DNA from: Octopus bimaculoides
Taxonomy: Eukaryota
Length of the DNA: 64,000 nt
Assembly: GCF_001194135.2 (NCBI RefSeq)
Contig: NC_068991.1
Coordinates: 51,540,621 to 51,604,620, forward strand
Reading direction: 5' to 3'
Shown here piece after piece: positions 24,980-36,770 of this stretch (positions are counted from its first letter, which is position 1; every line of letters begins with the position of its first letter). Under the pieces are notes generated by a model, which saw nothing but the letters and a program-made list of their open reading frames with translations, ran no database searches and was not told where the DNA came from. A program made the position numbers and the translations under genes.

Positions 24980-25110
24980 TCTGACAGTGTCCTCTTCCTT
25001 CCAGTGAACTTCTGAAGATACAAAAAATCTGTTTCAGCTCATGCATTCACATCAGGAATCTTGCTAACAAAATGTAAAAGCTTAACATATTTTCTTATCT
25101 TTTTGATCAG

Positions 25111-25173
25111 GTTATTTGAAGTTGTTATCCGAGTTGACTAAAGTTGGAGATGTTTCGTATGAGCAATTCGAAG
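25111..25173 (+). CDS. GNPNAT1: GNPNAT1 exon 3 (GYLKLLSELTKVGDVSYEQFE)
   Basis: TTTTGATCAG acceptor, GTAAGA donor, 63 nt, phase 1/1; aligns to [20 protein letters not shown]. Confidence 0.95.
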
Positions 25174-25589
25174 GTAAGATCTGCTGTGTGATATGCTTCC
25201 AATAATTCACAATTGTTTTCTAACAGTTACTGCCTGTGGTAGGAGCAAAGCTTCTACCAGACCAAGGGTGACATGGTGGTGGAACAGTGAGATAGACAGG
25301 ATCATAACAGGAAAGAGACAGGTTTGGGAAGAGTGAGAAAATGGAGATAGCAAAGAACCATGTCAGGTAGCTAAAAGGGAAGCCTTGCAACAGATTTAGC
25401 TAGTAAGAGCACAAGCAGAAAGAGAGAGATCAACCAATGTCTTTCAGTGTAAGGATCAGAGATAAGAGGGGTTTGGAATCACTAGTCAGTGTGCCAAAGA
25501 GAATTGAGATGTTGTGGGTGAAAAGTGTGTATAGATGAATAACGGTATGCTTGCACTTAATGACTCTGAAAAGAAAGACATGTGAAAGT

Positions 25590-25830
25590 GCTATTATGAA
25601 ATACTATTAAATGCAGATAATGAATGGGGGAAAAGGAATCTCCCCTATAGGAACCCAACAGAGGGACCAGCTATCCTTGTTGAGAGTGGTTTGATAGCTG
25701 AGACAGTTAAGGATATGAAAACTGCAAAATCCTCTGGGCTGTCAGGAATTATCACTGAGATGTTTTAAATATCTAGCAGAGTAGAATATGGTCTAATCAC
25801 CCATATAGTTTTTCTGGTTATTCAGGAAGG
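25590..25830 (+). mobile_element. RTE LINE fragment
   Basis: VKDMKTAKSSGLSGIITEM resembles +K.MK.GKA.GPSG+.AEM. Confidence 0.6.
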
Positions 25831-26689
25831 TGTCATTCCCCCTTTTTTTTAAATCTTCCTCTGTAGCAAGACATCTGTGCTTGTCCGTCTGTCTTTTCAG
25901 CTCCTGGCATAAAACCATCCAATCACCTTTCCTCCTCAAGTACCTTTTACCTTGTTCTCTCTTGCAAGTTACTAGGCAACTTCCCTGACAATGGAGCTCA
26001 ACTCAGACTTGCAGTTTGCTGGGCCCTGTTAAATTGTCTAACCCATACCAGCATGGAAAGCAGACATTAAATGGTGACAGTGACTGCTGTTGTTGTTGTT
26101 AATGAATGAAAGATAAACTATTTAGAAAGAATCTGAGACAATGTTTTAATATCCAATTGAAGCTGTTTCACTTGCTGAAATGTTATTTATCATGTTGTTT
26201 CTGTTACTTACTGTGCTATAATGCTTTGGAAATGCATAAATGTTAAATTCCTCTTTCTCTGAATTCTAAAAATATTACTTGTGTGTGAAGTCAAATGAAA
26301 TCAATAACCTTCTAAACTCACATAATGTATATTGAGGCATTGCTTCTTATTGAGGATCTTTGATTAAATTAAACTGAGAAAATACAACTTCCATATTTTT
26401 TTTCTTTCTACATATCAAATATTAATTCAATATTTGTCATTACTTACATTCTTCCATGGTAGCATGGGTTAGTCAAATATTATTTAGGCAGTGTTTTACA
26501 ATCTGATGTCATTCCTTTCATTAACCTTTGTCTGCTTCTCAGTTGTCTAAACACAAGGGTGTTTAGCACTGCTAATATCTGTGCAGGAGGACAAAGATTC
26601 AGGTTTTAAAGTCTGTGGTCTTCTTTGTCCTGTCCTATAGTTGTGAGACTTGGACACTATCTACAGCACTTCAGAGCTGCCTTAACGTA

Positions 26690-27530
26690 TTATAATGATT
26701 CGATATTCGTTTACAAATTATATTATTTTCTAAGGGTAAGTTAATAAATAAACTCACATACAATGCTTTCAGATGTAGTCATTTTCTTAGGCATACGTTT
26801 TTCTGGTTTAAATAAATTATAAATTTCAATATGATCGGGTATTATAATATAATATAAGGTTTAAAATACAGGATATTTTAACTGTATGATTTGTTACTAA
26901 TAATCTAATTGTATATTTGTATTTATTTACTAAAGTTTCTAGAGATAAATATAATATAGATTACCATTAGTTTAGAATTTAATTTATTACCAGTGATCAA
27001 TAATTTGTATTACTTGATTGTTTATAATCAATAATATTTTTAGGGTTGTCTCCCTTAGACGGAATTTATTTGATGAAGTTTTTTTATTATTTATTCGTTG
27101 GATCTAGCGCGTTTTTAATTAAAATTTAGAATAGATGACAAGTTTTTTATTTTATAAATAGCATTCAATATTTGAACATTTAGTTACTATTGTATAAAAT
27201 ACAGTTATTGATCATGGAGAAATTTTGGATGTAGATAAGCCTTAGAGATTATAAATTTTTTTTGGTATTTACATTTTACCCTGAGGATGTGTAAGGTAAT
27301 TTATTTAACTTGTATTAAGAGTTAAATTTGACCTTATACAGAAATGTTTACAAAGGTAATAAACTTTAAAATATATATGGATATTAGCATCAAAGCTCTT
27401 ATTTAAATTTTAAATTTTGATATATAACCAAGGAAATCAATTCATAAGGAGTTTATTATAGAACTTTGTGGACGGATTTTTGCTATTTTGGTAACGATTG
27501 CATGTTTTATCTTACCAATACATTTGGTAG
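26690..27530 (-). mobile_element. Highly degraded AT-rich LINE C-terminal remnant (L2/Crack/Daphne-like)
   Basis: Minus-strand fragments IDFLGY, YNTR and LFINLPLE...CKRI resemble these families' RT C-termini; many stops. Confidence 0.4.
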
Positions 27531-27669
27531 ATATCATTATATGAACACATATCTATCTATCTATATATATGTATCCCATAAATTCTCTGGTCACCCTAGT
27601 TTCATTATTTATAGTTAATCAAATTATATTGTAATTGTATATATAAACACACACACATATATATTATAT

Positions 27670-27832
27670 GTAAGAGTGCTGGTATCACATAAAAAGCACT
27701 CAGTACACTCTGTAAAGTGGTTGGTGTTAGGAAGGGCATCCAGCTATAGAAACCGTGCTAGAACAGACTGGTGTCTGGTGCAGCACCCAGCCCTGCCAGC
27801 ATGGAAAATATGTTAAATGATGACGACGATAT
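27670..27832 (+). mobile_element. RTE 3' tail copy
   Basis: AAAAAGCACTCAGTACACTC...AGGAAGGGCATCCAGCT...CCAGCATGGAA...GATGACGACGAT. Confidence 0.75.
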
Positions 27833-27834
27833 CA

Positions 27835-28170
27835 TCATTGTCGTTTAACGTCCGCTTTCCATGCTGGCATGGGTTGGACAGTTTGACTGAAGACTGGAGA
27901 GCCAGAAGGCTCCACCAGGCTCCAATCTGATCTGGCAAAGTTTCTGCAGCTGGATGCCCTTCCTAATGCCAACCACTCCGAGAGTGTAGTGGGTGCTTTT
28001 ACGTGCCACTGGCATGAGGGCCAGTCTGGTGGTACTGGCATTGGCCATGCTCAAATGGTGCTTTTTATGTGCCACCTGCACAGGAGCCAGTCCAGCAGCA
28101 CTGGTAACGGCCACGCTTGAATGGTGTTTTTTACGTGCCACTGGCATGGAAGCCAGTCAGTGGCCCTGGT
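27835..28170 (-). mobile_element. RTE 3' UTR copy with internal ~55-bp tandem units
   Basis: Reverse complement of the 24664-24979 type; tail-to-tail with the previous copy. Confidence 0.8.
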
Positions 28171-28403
28171 TATGATCACTGTATTTTACAGCACAAATTG
28201 GAAATCATCAAAGAAAAATTCACAGCTGAGAAAGATATTTTGACTAAAACACAAGATGACTTCAAAAGACTAAAAATTCCGTGTAAAATGCCAGAAGATT
28301 TGGAAAGGTAGTGAAGATGCTTGAATGTTTACACTATATACTGCATTGAATTGTATGCTGGAAAATACAGTATATAAATCTAAATGTATACATATATACA
28401 TTC

Positions 28404-28434
<31 letters not shown>

Positions 28435-28459
28435 CACACTTATATATATATGTATGTAT

Positions 28460-28671
28460 GTGGTGGGGTGGAAAAGTTCCTGGTTTTGAGTGAAGGAAAA
28501 TACAGGAGGATCAGTTAATTATGATTTTATTCAACATATTTTCCCCTCTCAAATTCACACTTATTGCAGTGGTCCTTCAGTTTTTCTAAGCCCTGTAAAA
28601 GAACTCGGAAAGTTGGGCCTCCAACCAGGCCTTTTTGCAATACTCTTAAAGCCAAGAACTTTTCAGCATTT

Positions 28672-28680
<9 letters not shown>
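28460..28680 (-). mobile_element. Mariner transposon 3' fragment
   Basis: Minus strand FLQGLEKLKDHCNKC.NLRGEYVE* (mariner C-terminus; 1-nt shift) and TIR-like GGGGTGGAAAAGTTCCTGG. Confidence 0.7.
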
Positions 28681-28708
<28 letters not shown>

Positions 28709-28849
28709 CATCTAGCAGTGGTCTTCCTTCTGACTGGTCCTGTACATGTTAAGATCCTCCAGCACTCTTAATATAACCTAAGAGGGCCCATACCCTTCCC
28801 TGCCACTATTAAGTAGACTACTGGAACTATGGCCATCCATAACTAGACT

Positions 28850-29090
28850 TGGAATGAATACTCGAGTGGTTTACCATCGCCTTCTGCAGGCAGCTGGGAT
28901 TTGAACTCAGAATGTAGAGAGCCACAGACATTTCTGCTGACATGCCGACAATTCCGCCACACTTCCACCCACAGGACAACGTAAAATCAAGTGTTTTGCT
29001 CAAGAACACAACATACCACCCAGTCCAGGAATCAGACCCATGATCTAGCAATCATGAGTGCAACACCATAGCCACTAGGCTATACACCTC
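28850..29090 (-). mobile_element. tRNA-derived SINE (family C-like head)
   Basis: Reverse complement GGAGGTGTATAGCCTAGTGG...GGGTCTGATTCCTGG. Confidence 0.55.
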
Positions 29091-29225
29091 CATACATATA
29101 TATGTGTACATGTGTGTACCCTATACCATAATGATGTGCTGAAAATGACCCTGAGAGCAAAGTTTTCTTTTAATATTTTACATGATCTTTATTTTTTTCT
29201 TTTTTTTTCTTTTAATTACTTTTAG

Positions 29226-29356
29226 CTCGATTTAATTCCATGAAGTCTTCTTGTGACACATATTACATAGTTGTGATAGAAGATACGAGAACGGAGTTAA
29301 TAATTGGCAGTGCTACACTTGTTATTGAACAGAAATTTATTCACAATACCTCAAGT
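29226..29356 (+). CDS. GNPNAT1: GNPNAT1 exon 4 (ARFNSMKSSCDTYYIVVIEDTRTELIIGSATLVIEQKFIHNTSS)
   Basis: TTTTTAG acceptor, GTAAGT donor; YY+.V+ED and ATL++E.KFIH are GNA1 hallmarks. Confidence 0.97.
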
Positions 29357-29428
29357 GTAAGTATGATTGATTCCTTAACTTCTCATTTTCAGTCATGTCG
29401 TACTTAGTTCACTTTTAATTATAATGAA

Positions 29429-30330
29429 CTAGCAATATAACCCGACGTTGTCCGAGTGTGACTTATTACGCCATCTACAATAAGTCTTGCTAGGTGAAAA
29501 TCAACTAAAAAAGAAAGCCTTACAACGAAAAAACCCTTATGATGTAAATATGTTCATAATTCAAAAGACGATGAAATTAATAGGGAAAGTCTGAAGGCTG
29601 TTTTGCATAACATTATTATGCATACGTAAATTTCATCCGTCTAATTGGCTATAGAAATGATTGTGCAAAACAACTTTTTGCGCTGCCCTGATTATACATA
29701 GCAGGGTAATCCCTTTTCACAGGAGCTAGGACGGCAATTTCTGATGAAGCAATTGCTGGCAATCTGTTGCTACACAGTTCTGCCAGAATTCTATCAGATT
29801 GGGCAGCAGATGCTGATGCACCATTTTGCATTATGTTCAAAGTTGCTTCTGGAATGTGGTGATTTGCTGCAGTCTGTTGCTGTCTTTTTAAACCGGTTGC
29901 TTTCTTTCCCCAGCAAACTCTCTTCTTTGGCGGCATAATCTATGTACATATTAAACAGAACAACAAAAAGTTATAACAGATGGCAGGGTAGCTGTTTTCA
30001 CAATTCTAATGAAGTTCACTGATTTACAATGTGTTGTCCTGTCTACATAAGCTCCGTAGTTTGTATATTTACAAAACATTGACAAGCATGTAGTAAGGTA
30101 AAATCTAGTTATATTGTAGTGAATGCTTGTGTGCATGTGTGCGTTTGAGAGAGTGAGAGAGAAGAGGAAGAGAGAGAAGAAGAAGAGAGAGAGAGGGGGA
30201 GAAAGGAATAGAGAACGGGAGCAATCAAAAGAGAAAGAGAGGAAGGGAAAACGGAAGACAGTTATAAAATAGCAATGTGTGCGTGTGTTTATATAAGAAA
30301 CACACACAAACTAAATCTTATATCTATAAT
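29429..30330 (-). mobile_element. Helitron-like non-autonomous relic
   Basis: Minus-strand 3' end CTCGGACAACGTCGGG hairpin, then TTATATTG, CTAG|T; same-strand ORF starts MPPKKR; 5' end is degenerate. Confidence 0.55.
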
Positions 30331-31028
30331 GTTGATGTGTGTATGTTGTTGTCACAGATCATGCATGTGTAGTTGTGTGTGTTTTTACGTTTCTGTGTTA
30401 TGAAAAATATGTAAAAAATACTAAGAGGAGACAAGGACGCTGAACATGCAGACGGACAATGTAACGGAAACATGAACGAGTGAAACGGGGTATTCCTTAT
30501 TTAGTCTAGTTACAAATTATCATTGCAACTTCGGCAAAAGGAAGCTAAGAGCCCCAGATTCCTTGGAAGAAAGAACAGTGGTGCTGGTGTGTGTAGGAAA
30601 TGAGAAAGTGAAGCAAGAAAAAGAGATGTGGTTGAAGCAGAGAAATGGTGATACACCCCAGATGACCAGGTCACGTAGATAGTTAGAGGTAGATGTTTTT
30701 TTTAATTGTTTTCGAGTGAATGTCAATCTTTCGCTTGTCATCCAGAGTTCGTTAATTTCCGTAAAAGATTTTTATTTCTTTACTTATGTCTCAGAGTGAA
30801 AGAGAGGAGAAAGTGAAAGATGTATGTATGTGTATATGAAGTGGATGTGTATGTGTGAAAGAGAGAGAGAGAAAAAGAGAGTAAGTGAAGTGGGTGTTGT
30901 CATGTATACGTACATGCATTAATACATGTGTACATCTTTTTTATATTTACATGTGTATGTGTGTATGAGAGAGATAGATAGTGAGTGAGTGAATATCCAT
31001 TTCATATACACGTTTATACATCTTTCAC

Positions 31029-31044
31029 TTTCTCCTCTCTCGTA

Positions 31045-31098
<54 letters not shown>
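31029..31098. repeat. (TA)n microsatellite
   Basis: Direct reading. Confidence 0.95.
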
Positions 31099-31100
<2 letters not shown>

Positions 31101-31278
31101 GCATAATGTAATCAACTTTTGGCCTATATCTTTAGCTAAGCTATTCAAAACCATTATCTAACCTCCGTTATAATAGTGTTTAAACTGCTAATTTCGAGTA
31201 TAGTTTTGATTTTCATAAAATGCAAATTTTACTATAAATCCCTTCTGTATCAAGTAATTATTTTGTTTGGTTTTTTAG

Positions 31279-31340
31279 CGTGGAAGAATAGAAGATGTAG
31301 TTATTAAAAATGAATACCGGGGGCAACAATTAGGAAAATT
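31279..31340 (+). CDS. GNPNAT1: GNPNAT1 exon 5 (RGRIEDVVIKNEYRGQQLGKL)
   Basis: TTTTTTAG acceptor, GTAAGT donor; GNAT motif A acetyl-CoA loop RGQQLG. Confidence 0.97.
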
Positions 31341-32669
31341 GTAAGTATGATAAAGGGACTTTTTTTCATTTATTTCTTTAACTGTTTAATAGCTTAGTTG
31401 CATCATCTCCATGTCATTACACTGTTTTCATATAAATCCAGGAAATCTTAAAGACTTTTAAGTGTTTTTGCATTCAAAATTTTGTGATATTTAGGTATTT
31501 AGGATTTTTTTAAAAACACTCTCAAATTACTAGAAAATATTTACAATTTAGATATTTCTTCTACCTCTACAATCTGTTAGAAATAGGAAATGATTTCTGT
31601 GTTTCTTGTTACACCAATGTTGTTCAAGTAGTTAGACATTTAAGGAGAACTTTTAGTGGCCGTTTTGTGCTTTAAAGGTTGAGGTCAAAAGGGTAATGAT
31701 AACCTGCAGAAAAGTACCATCCTATATTCTGTAAGAACCCTAAGGAAATTTTTGAGATTTGTGGAGACATGATGTCACCAAACCTCAAGATGAAATACCT
31801 GCTAACTAAATTAGTATGTACTAGCATAATAATAATAATTATAACAACAACAACAATAATAATATAATAATATTTCTGAATTTATTTGCAATATAGATTT
31901 CCAAAGGACTTGATTTTTAGAGCCTGGCGAACTTCTGATTTTAATACACTTGTTTCAGTTGCAAATGCTTCCATTGATAGATTCTTATTAACAATGTTGG
32001 TAATAATACTGGTATTGTTATCAATACCTGTCATTTAATTATTACCTGGTCATTTAATACTATCACTAACCAAACCAAAACTGACTGACCAGAAACACAT
32101 AACACTAATTATTAAGGATTTTCAACAGGTTTACTTTGGACAATGTCAGATCTCTGTTAGGCGTGACAGAATGTCTTTGAGATTCTTATGTCAGCCACAA
32201 TGTGCTCAGTAGGAGCCCAGTTTCACCAAATGTTTGTTTTTCTTTCTCAAGACATTCTTATCAACTGTTCCTTTTTGAGGATCCGCTACAATAGTTTAAG
32301 AGTTTATTTTGTCTAGAACCATCAGAACCTCAAACCTGATTAAGTTTCTATAGCAGAATCTGATAAACTAAAACAAGAATCCAATAGCTAATTTCCCTAA
32401 TTCCCTTGACCTAGAAGGAGTTCAGTTTCTAAGTGTTCAGCTGATCAGTGGCTGAGTCTTGTAGCCAAAGAGTACATTAATGAAAACTATACCATTTGTT
32501 TCTTTGCCAATATAAATTACTGTTTCTGGAAACCCTGCAACTGTTTGGCCAACGTTTCAGTCTGTTTTATTTCGTTTCTCTCAAATATATGTAGATTAAA
32601 CAAGCCCAATTAATTGATAAATAATTCTTGCTTTCTAATTTACATCTGTTGTTATTTTTTCCTCAACAG

Positions 32670-32820
32670 GTTGATTGATATCTTAATTGAAAGAAGTCAA
32701 AAGCTGGGTTGCTATAAGATCTCCTTAGAATGTAAAATGGAAATGATACCTTTCTACAATAAGTTTGGTCTTAAAAGAGAAGAGAACAATAATTATTTAG
32801 TACTGCGGTTCAGGGACTAA
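32670..32820 (+). CDS. GNPNAT1: GNPNAT1 exon 6 (LIDILIERSQKLGCYKISLECKMEMIPFYNKFGLKREENNNYLVLRFRD*)
   Basis: CAACAG acceptor in phase 2; CYKI.LEC...FY.KFG signature; TAA stop. Confidence 0.97.
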
Positions 32821-33082
32821 TTTACTAAACTTTTAAACATATCAAATTAGAATCTCAAAATTTTAAGTAAATATTGATGAAGCTTTTGCAGGATGTTTAA
32901 AGAAATCAATTTATATTGAAATAACCATTCAGCTAACCATTTTCTCTTGCATCTCCAATTGCCAATTGAGATATACTTAACTACAGAAATATAGGGAAAA
33001 TAATGGCATCACCCACATTACAGAATTCTGTGTTCCTCAACATTTTGCTGTCATGTGAAATTCTGTGAAATCTATTTTACTA

Positions 33083-33305
33083 TTAACCTTTCAAATACCA
33101 ACCTGCCCCAAAGCACTCCTGATTTTTTAATCCAAACTTCATGTCTTAAAGTGATCTAAATGAAAATCTTTCATTAAGATTTCATGTTAATTTATGTTCC
33201 AAATACCAGCTTAATATAGACAAAGTTATTTTAATAAATTTTTCATAATTTTCTGAATTAATTGAAACAAAATATATTTCAAAAGGAATATGGTAACAAA
33301 AGGGT
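33083..33305. mobile_element. piggyBac-like MITE (related inverted copy at ~51585-51800)
   Basis: TTAACCTTTCAAATACCA versus TGGTAACAAAAGGGTT imperfect TIRs; internal sequence is the reverse complement of 51640-51750. Confidence 0.5.
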
Positions 33306-33748
33306 TCGTATCCATGAGATGGGTTCTGACTGAATTTTCATAGAAAAAAAGTAAGAACAAGGAATATGACCACTTTTATGCATGTATATATTAATTGTTA
33401 ACCACACACACACTCTTTACAGTATGTATATAAATAGTGCAGGAAATAATAAAACTACCATAATATCATAGTACAGTGTGTGCAGATTACAAATAATATT
33501 AATAACTGTGTAATGGGAGAAGGTTCAGTGAGAGTTAATTGAAGGGAGAGGGGCACTATCTTCATCAACAGCAGTATCTGCAGCAGGAGTAAGATAACTT
33601 ATACATTGTCGTTACTCATTTACAATGTAGCATCTCTTTGTACACTGCAGTGTAGGAACTGAACTCATTATGAACACCTCTTGTATATTTCTCTTCAATT
33701 CTTTTTATGCATAGAGACTGTATTATGTTGATATAAATTTTTTTTTAA

Positions 33749-33972
33749 TTAACCGTTTAGCATTTAAACCAGCCATACTTGGCGCTATTCTACCTGTTTT
33801 ATGTTCAAACTTGCTATATCCAGCCTCTCAAACCTACCTTACAATGTTATTCTGAAAATAAACAATCACATCATTGAAATCTCAAAGCCACAAAATAAAG
33901 CAGAATTACTTCGAAACAACATGAATAAATAAGCATTATGTTTGACAGTAATCTGAATACTAAAGTTGTTAA
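33749..33972. mobile_element. piggyBac-like MITE
   Basis: TTAA|CCGTTTAGCATTTA ... TGAATACTAAAGTTG|TTAA. Confidence 0.6.
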
Positions 33973-35039
33973 TATATTCTCACATCAAAATAGGTGTATT
34001 CCTTGTTTTTTCCCCTTATTTTCATATTCCATAAAAACACATCTCAATTTATAACTTTGAAATTAATGATAAACAGGTATTGCACCACAGAATTTTTCAT
34101 CACAGCAAGATTTTTTGAAACATGGAATTTGTAATGTAGTAGATGCATATGTTTTCTCTGTTTCACAATTGCAGACACCAGATAATAAAAAAAAAAATTT
34201 TTTAATAAAAAAAATAGGTTGCGGAATAGCTTTTCAATGTCAATTGATTTATTTAAACTCCTCGCTGGAAATTCTTTAATATTTTCTCAAAATGTTGTTT
34301 CAAAATTCTTCTCTGATAATATGCCTTTGTCGGTTGGTTGGAGCAATGAAGTTGCGTCCTTGGGAATATAGTTCATTTTCACATTGGAGATATTATTTAT
34401 ATTCAGTGGGTGGCTTGGTGCATGAAATTATAATGGAGAAAGAAAGAATTAAAAATGTATCTATACCACCATGTAACCCTGTGTCATGTTAGTGAACTTG
34501 AATGATGAAGTATAAATGAACTGAGTGACAAAGTGAGTAAAAGAAAAATCAGATGTTGTGTACAGCAGGACTGCACTTGTATGGGCAGGTGCTGTGTATG
34601 GAGGACAGCTGCATAAAGAAAGGGTTGAGTGCTGAAAGACTTGGAACAGTGTAGTGACAAATGATCTCAAGATGTCATAGCTGATGAAGTTGATGACAGA
34701 GGACCATGTTGATTGGTGATGTGTGTGAAGTGCCTTGTCTCAAAAGTCTCACTGCTCTATGTTTTCCTTGTTCAAGGTAACGTGTAGAAAAGAGGGCAAT
34801 CACAAAGGATGGTCTAGGGTGAAAGAGAAGGATCATGGAACCTAACTGGTCTTTGTGGGATTGTGTAAAACAGGAGGAAACAACAGCAGAGGAGAGAGAA
34901 TAACCTGCTGTAGAATATTAGAAATTAGACTGTTCGGTAAAGTGGCATGGCAAAACTGACAAAAAGGAATAACAGGAAAGATAGTTGCAAGAAGCAGAAA
35001 ACACGGGTTGTAGGAATGATACTATAATACTGTACCTCA

Positions 35040-35510
35040 TTGTCAGGGAGTTTTCAGGTTCCAAAAATAACAGGAACTTTACCTGTCAAGGATTAAACTA
35101 GCAAAGTCATCCTGTTTACAGAAAAAGATCTTAATATCAGGTCCATTTAGACATTTACTGAGCAAATTTTTCTCATTGAGAAACCTCATAGAATAGGACA
35201 TAGAGTTCTAGCAAGTCCTGCCAGATTATTTGATGTAGTTTAAAAGGCCTTTAAGAACATCCACATGGAATCACTAAGGAAGATCATCAAAGCCTATGAT
35301 ATTCCCAACAGTACTTTAACATCTTCAGGAATCTGTACAAATTCTTGCTGTTATAACGAGACAAATATTGGTCTTCCTGAAAACTTTAGCATCATTATTG
35401 CTGAACATTTGTACTGCATCTTCTTGCATTTTCTCTTCCTGGTAGAAGTTGATTTAGTGATAATGAAAGTAACGGAAGGAAACTGCAGGAATTTGATGGA
35501 GGGATATAAT
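35040..35510 (+). mobile_element. Degraded RTE RT fragment
   Basis: KAFKNIHMESLRKIIKAYDIP resembles KAFDS+H.ESLWKI+.AYG+P. Confidence 0.55.
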
Positions 35511-35581
<71 letters not shown>

Positions 35582-35590
35582 TAAATAAAT

Positions 35591-36402
35591 GGAGTTAAAC
35601 ACAGGTGTTATTCAAATTCTTTTACTTCCGAAATATGTTTTGAAGACAACATTGGTATTATTTCAAAAGGAATAAAATGGTGTAAAGCAATGTAATCTTC
35701 TCATCAGGGAAAGAAAGAAAGAAATCAACCTCATCAATAAGACATTTTAACAGAATATGATGGATGTGTATAATGATGAACGGAACGCTATTAATTTTTG
35801 TTTAAAAACTGTTGAAGATAAAATGTCAAAGGTAGCCTATAGAAAGAGAAAGGGTAAAAGAAAGGAATAAGCAGAAAACTAATAAAGGAGAAATATAGAG
35901 CGATATGTGAATTAAAATAAAAGCTTAAAGCCTTGGAAATAGGGAGATATCACTTATATGAACTTTTAGTTCATATAAGTGATATCTACCATTCTATATA
36001 ATTTTGAACATTGATTTTCTTCTTACATTTCACTTCCACTAGATATATCTATTTCCAAGGCTTTAAACTTTTATTTTAATACACATATCGCTCTATATTT
36101 CTCCTTTATTAGTTTTCTGCTTATTTTTTTCCTTTACCTTTTCTCTTTCTATAGGCTACCTTTGATGTTATATCTTCTAACGGTTTTCTTTAAAAAACTT
36201 AATAGCATTCCATTCATCATTATACACATCCATCACATTCTGTTAAAATGACTTATTGATAAGTTTGGTTTCTTTCTTTCTTTCCCTGGTGAGAAGATTA
36301 CATTGTTTTATACCATTTTATTCCTTCTGGAATAATACCAGTGTTGTCTTCAAAACATATGTCGGAAGTAAAAGAATTTGAATAACACCTGTGTTTAACT
36401 CC
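35591..36402. mobile_element. Foldback element with ~350-bp inverted arms
   Basis: 35591-35942 is the reverse complement of 36049-36402 (about 90% by eye); AT|GG...CC|AT termini within TA/TAAA repeats. Confidence 0.85.
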
Positions 36403-36594
36403 ATTTATTTATTTATATATATTATACAAAATATTTTACATCAACCCAGAGTTTCTATCTTTACAAACAGGGTGTTACGTCCTTATTACTTGTGTGATTT
36501 TTTGCTACCCTGGTAACTGTTTATTTATTTTTTCCGTGTTAATTGTAAACAAGGGAAAAATACACACATCCATATATATATATATATCATCAAT

Positions 36595-36770
36595 CATCAT
36601 CATCGTTTAACGTCTGCTTTCCATGCTAGCATGGGTTGGACAATTTGACTGAGGTCTGGTGAGCCAGCTGGCTGCACCAGGCTCCAATCTGATCTGGCAG
36701 AGTTTCTACAGCTGGATGCCCTTCCTAACACTAACCACTCTGAGTGTATAGTGGGTGCTTTTACATGCCA
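36595..36770 (-). mobile_element. RTE 3' tail copy
   Basis: Same tail family; abuts (TA)n. Confidence 0.8.

Noticed and set aside
26690-27530. Very AT-rich stretch resembling a NUMT
   Set aside because: No recognisable mitochondrial gene, rRNA or tRNA; residual motifs fit a decayed LINE better.
27990-28150. Short repeats with spacers (TTTTACGTGCCAC / TTTTATGTGCCAC)
   Set aside because: These are internal tandem units of the RTE 3' UTR in a eukaryotic context with no cas genes, so not a CRISPR array.
32614-32669. ATG-initiated extension of the last GNPNAT1 exon in the ORF track
   Set aside because: It is intronic pyrimidine tract upstream of the CAG acceptor at 32669; the same applies to the ORF-track starts around other exons.
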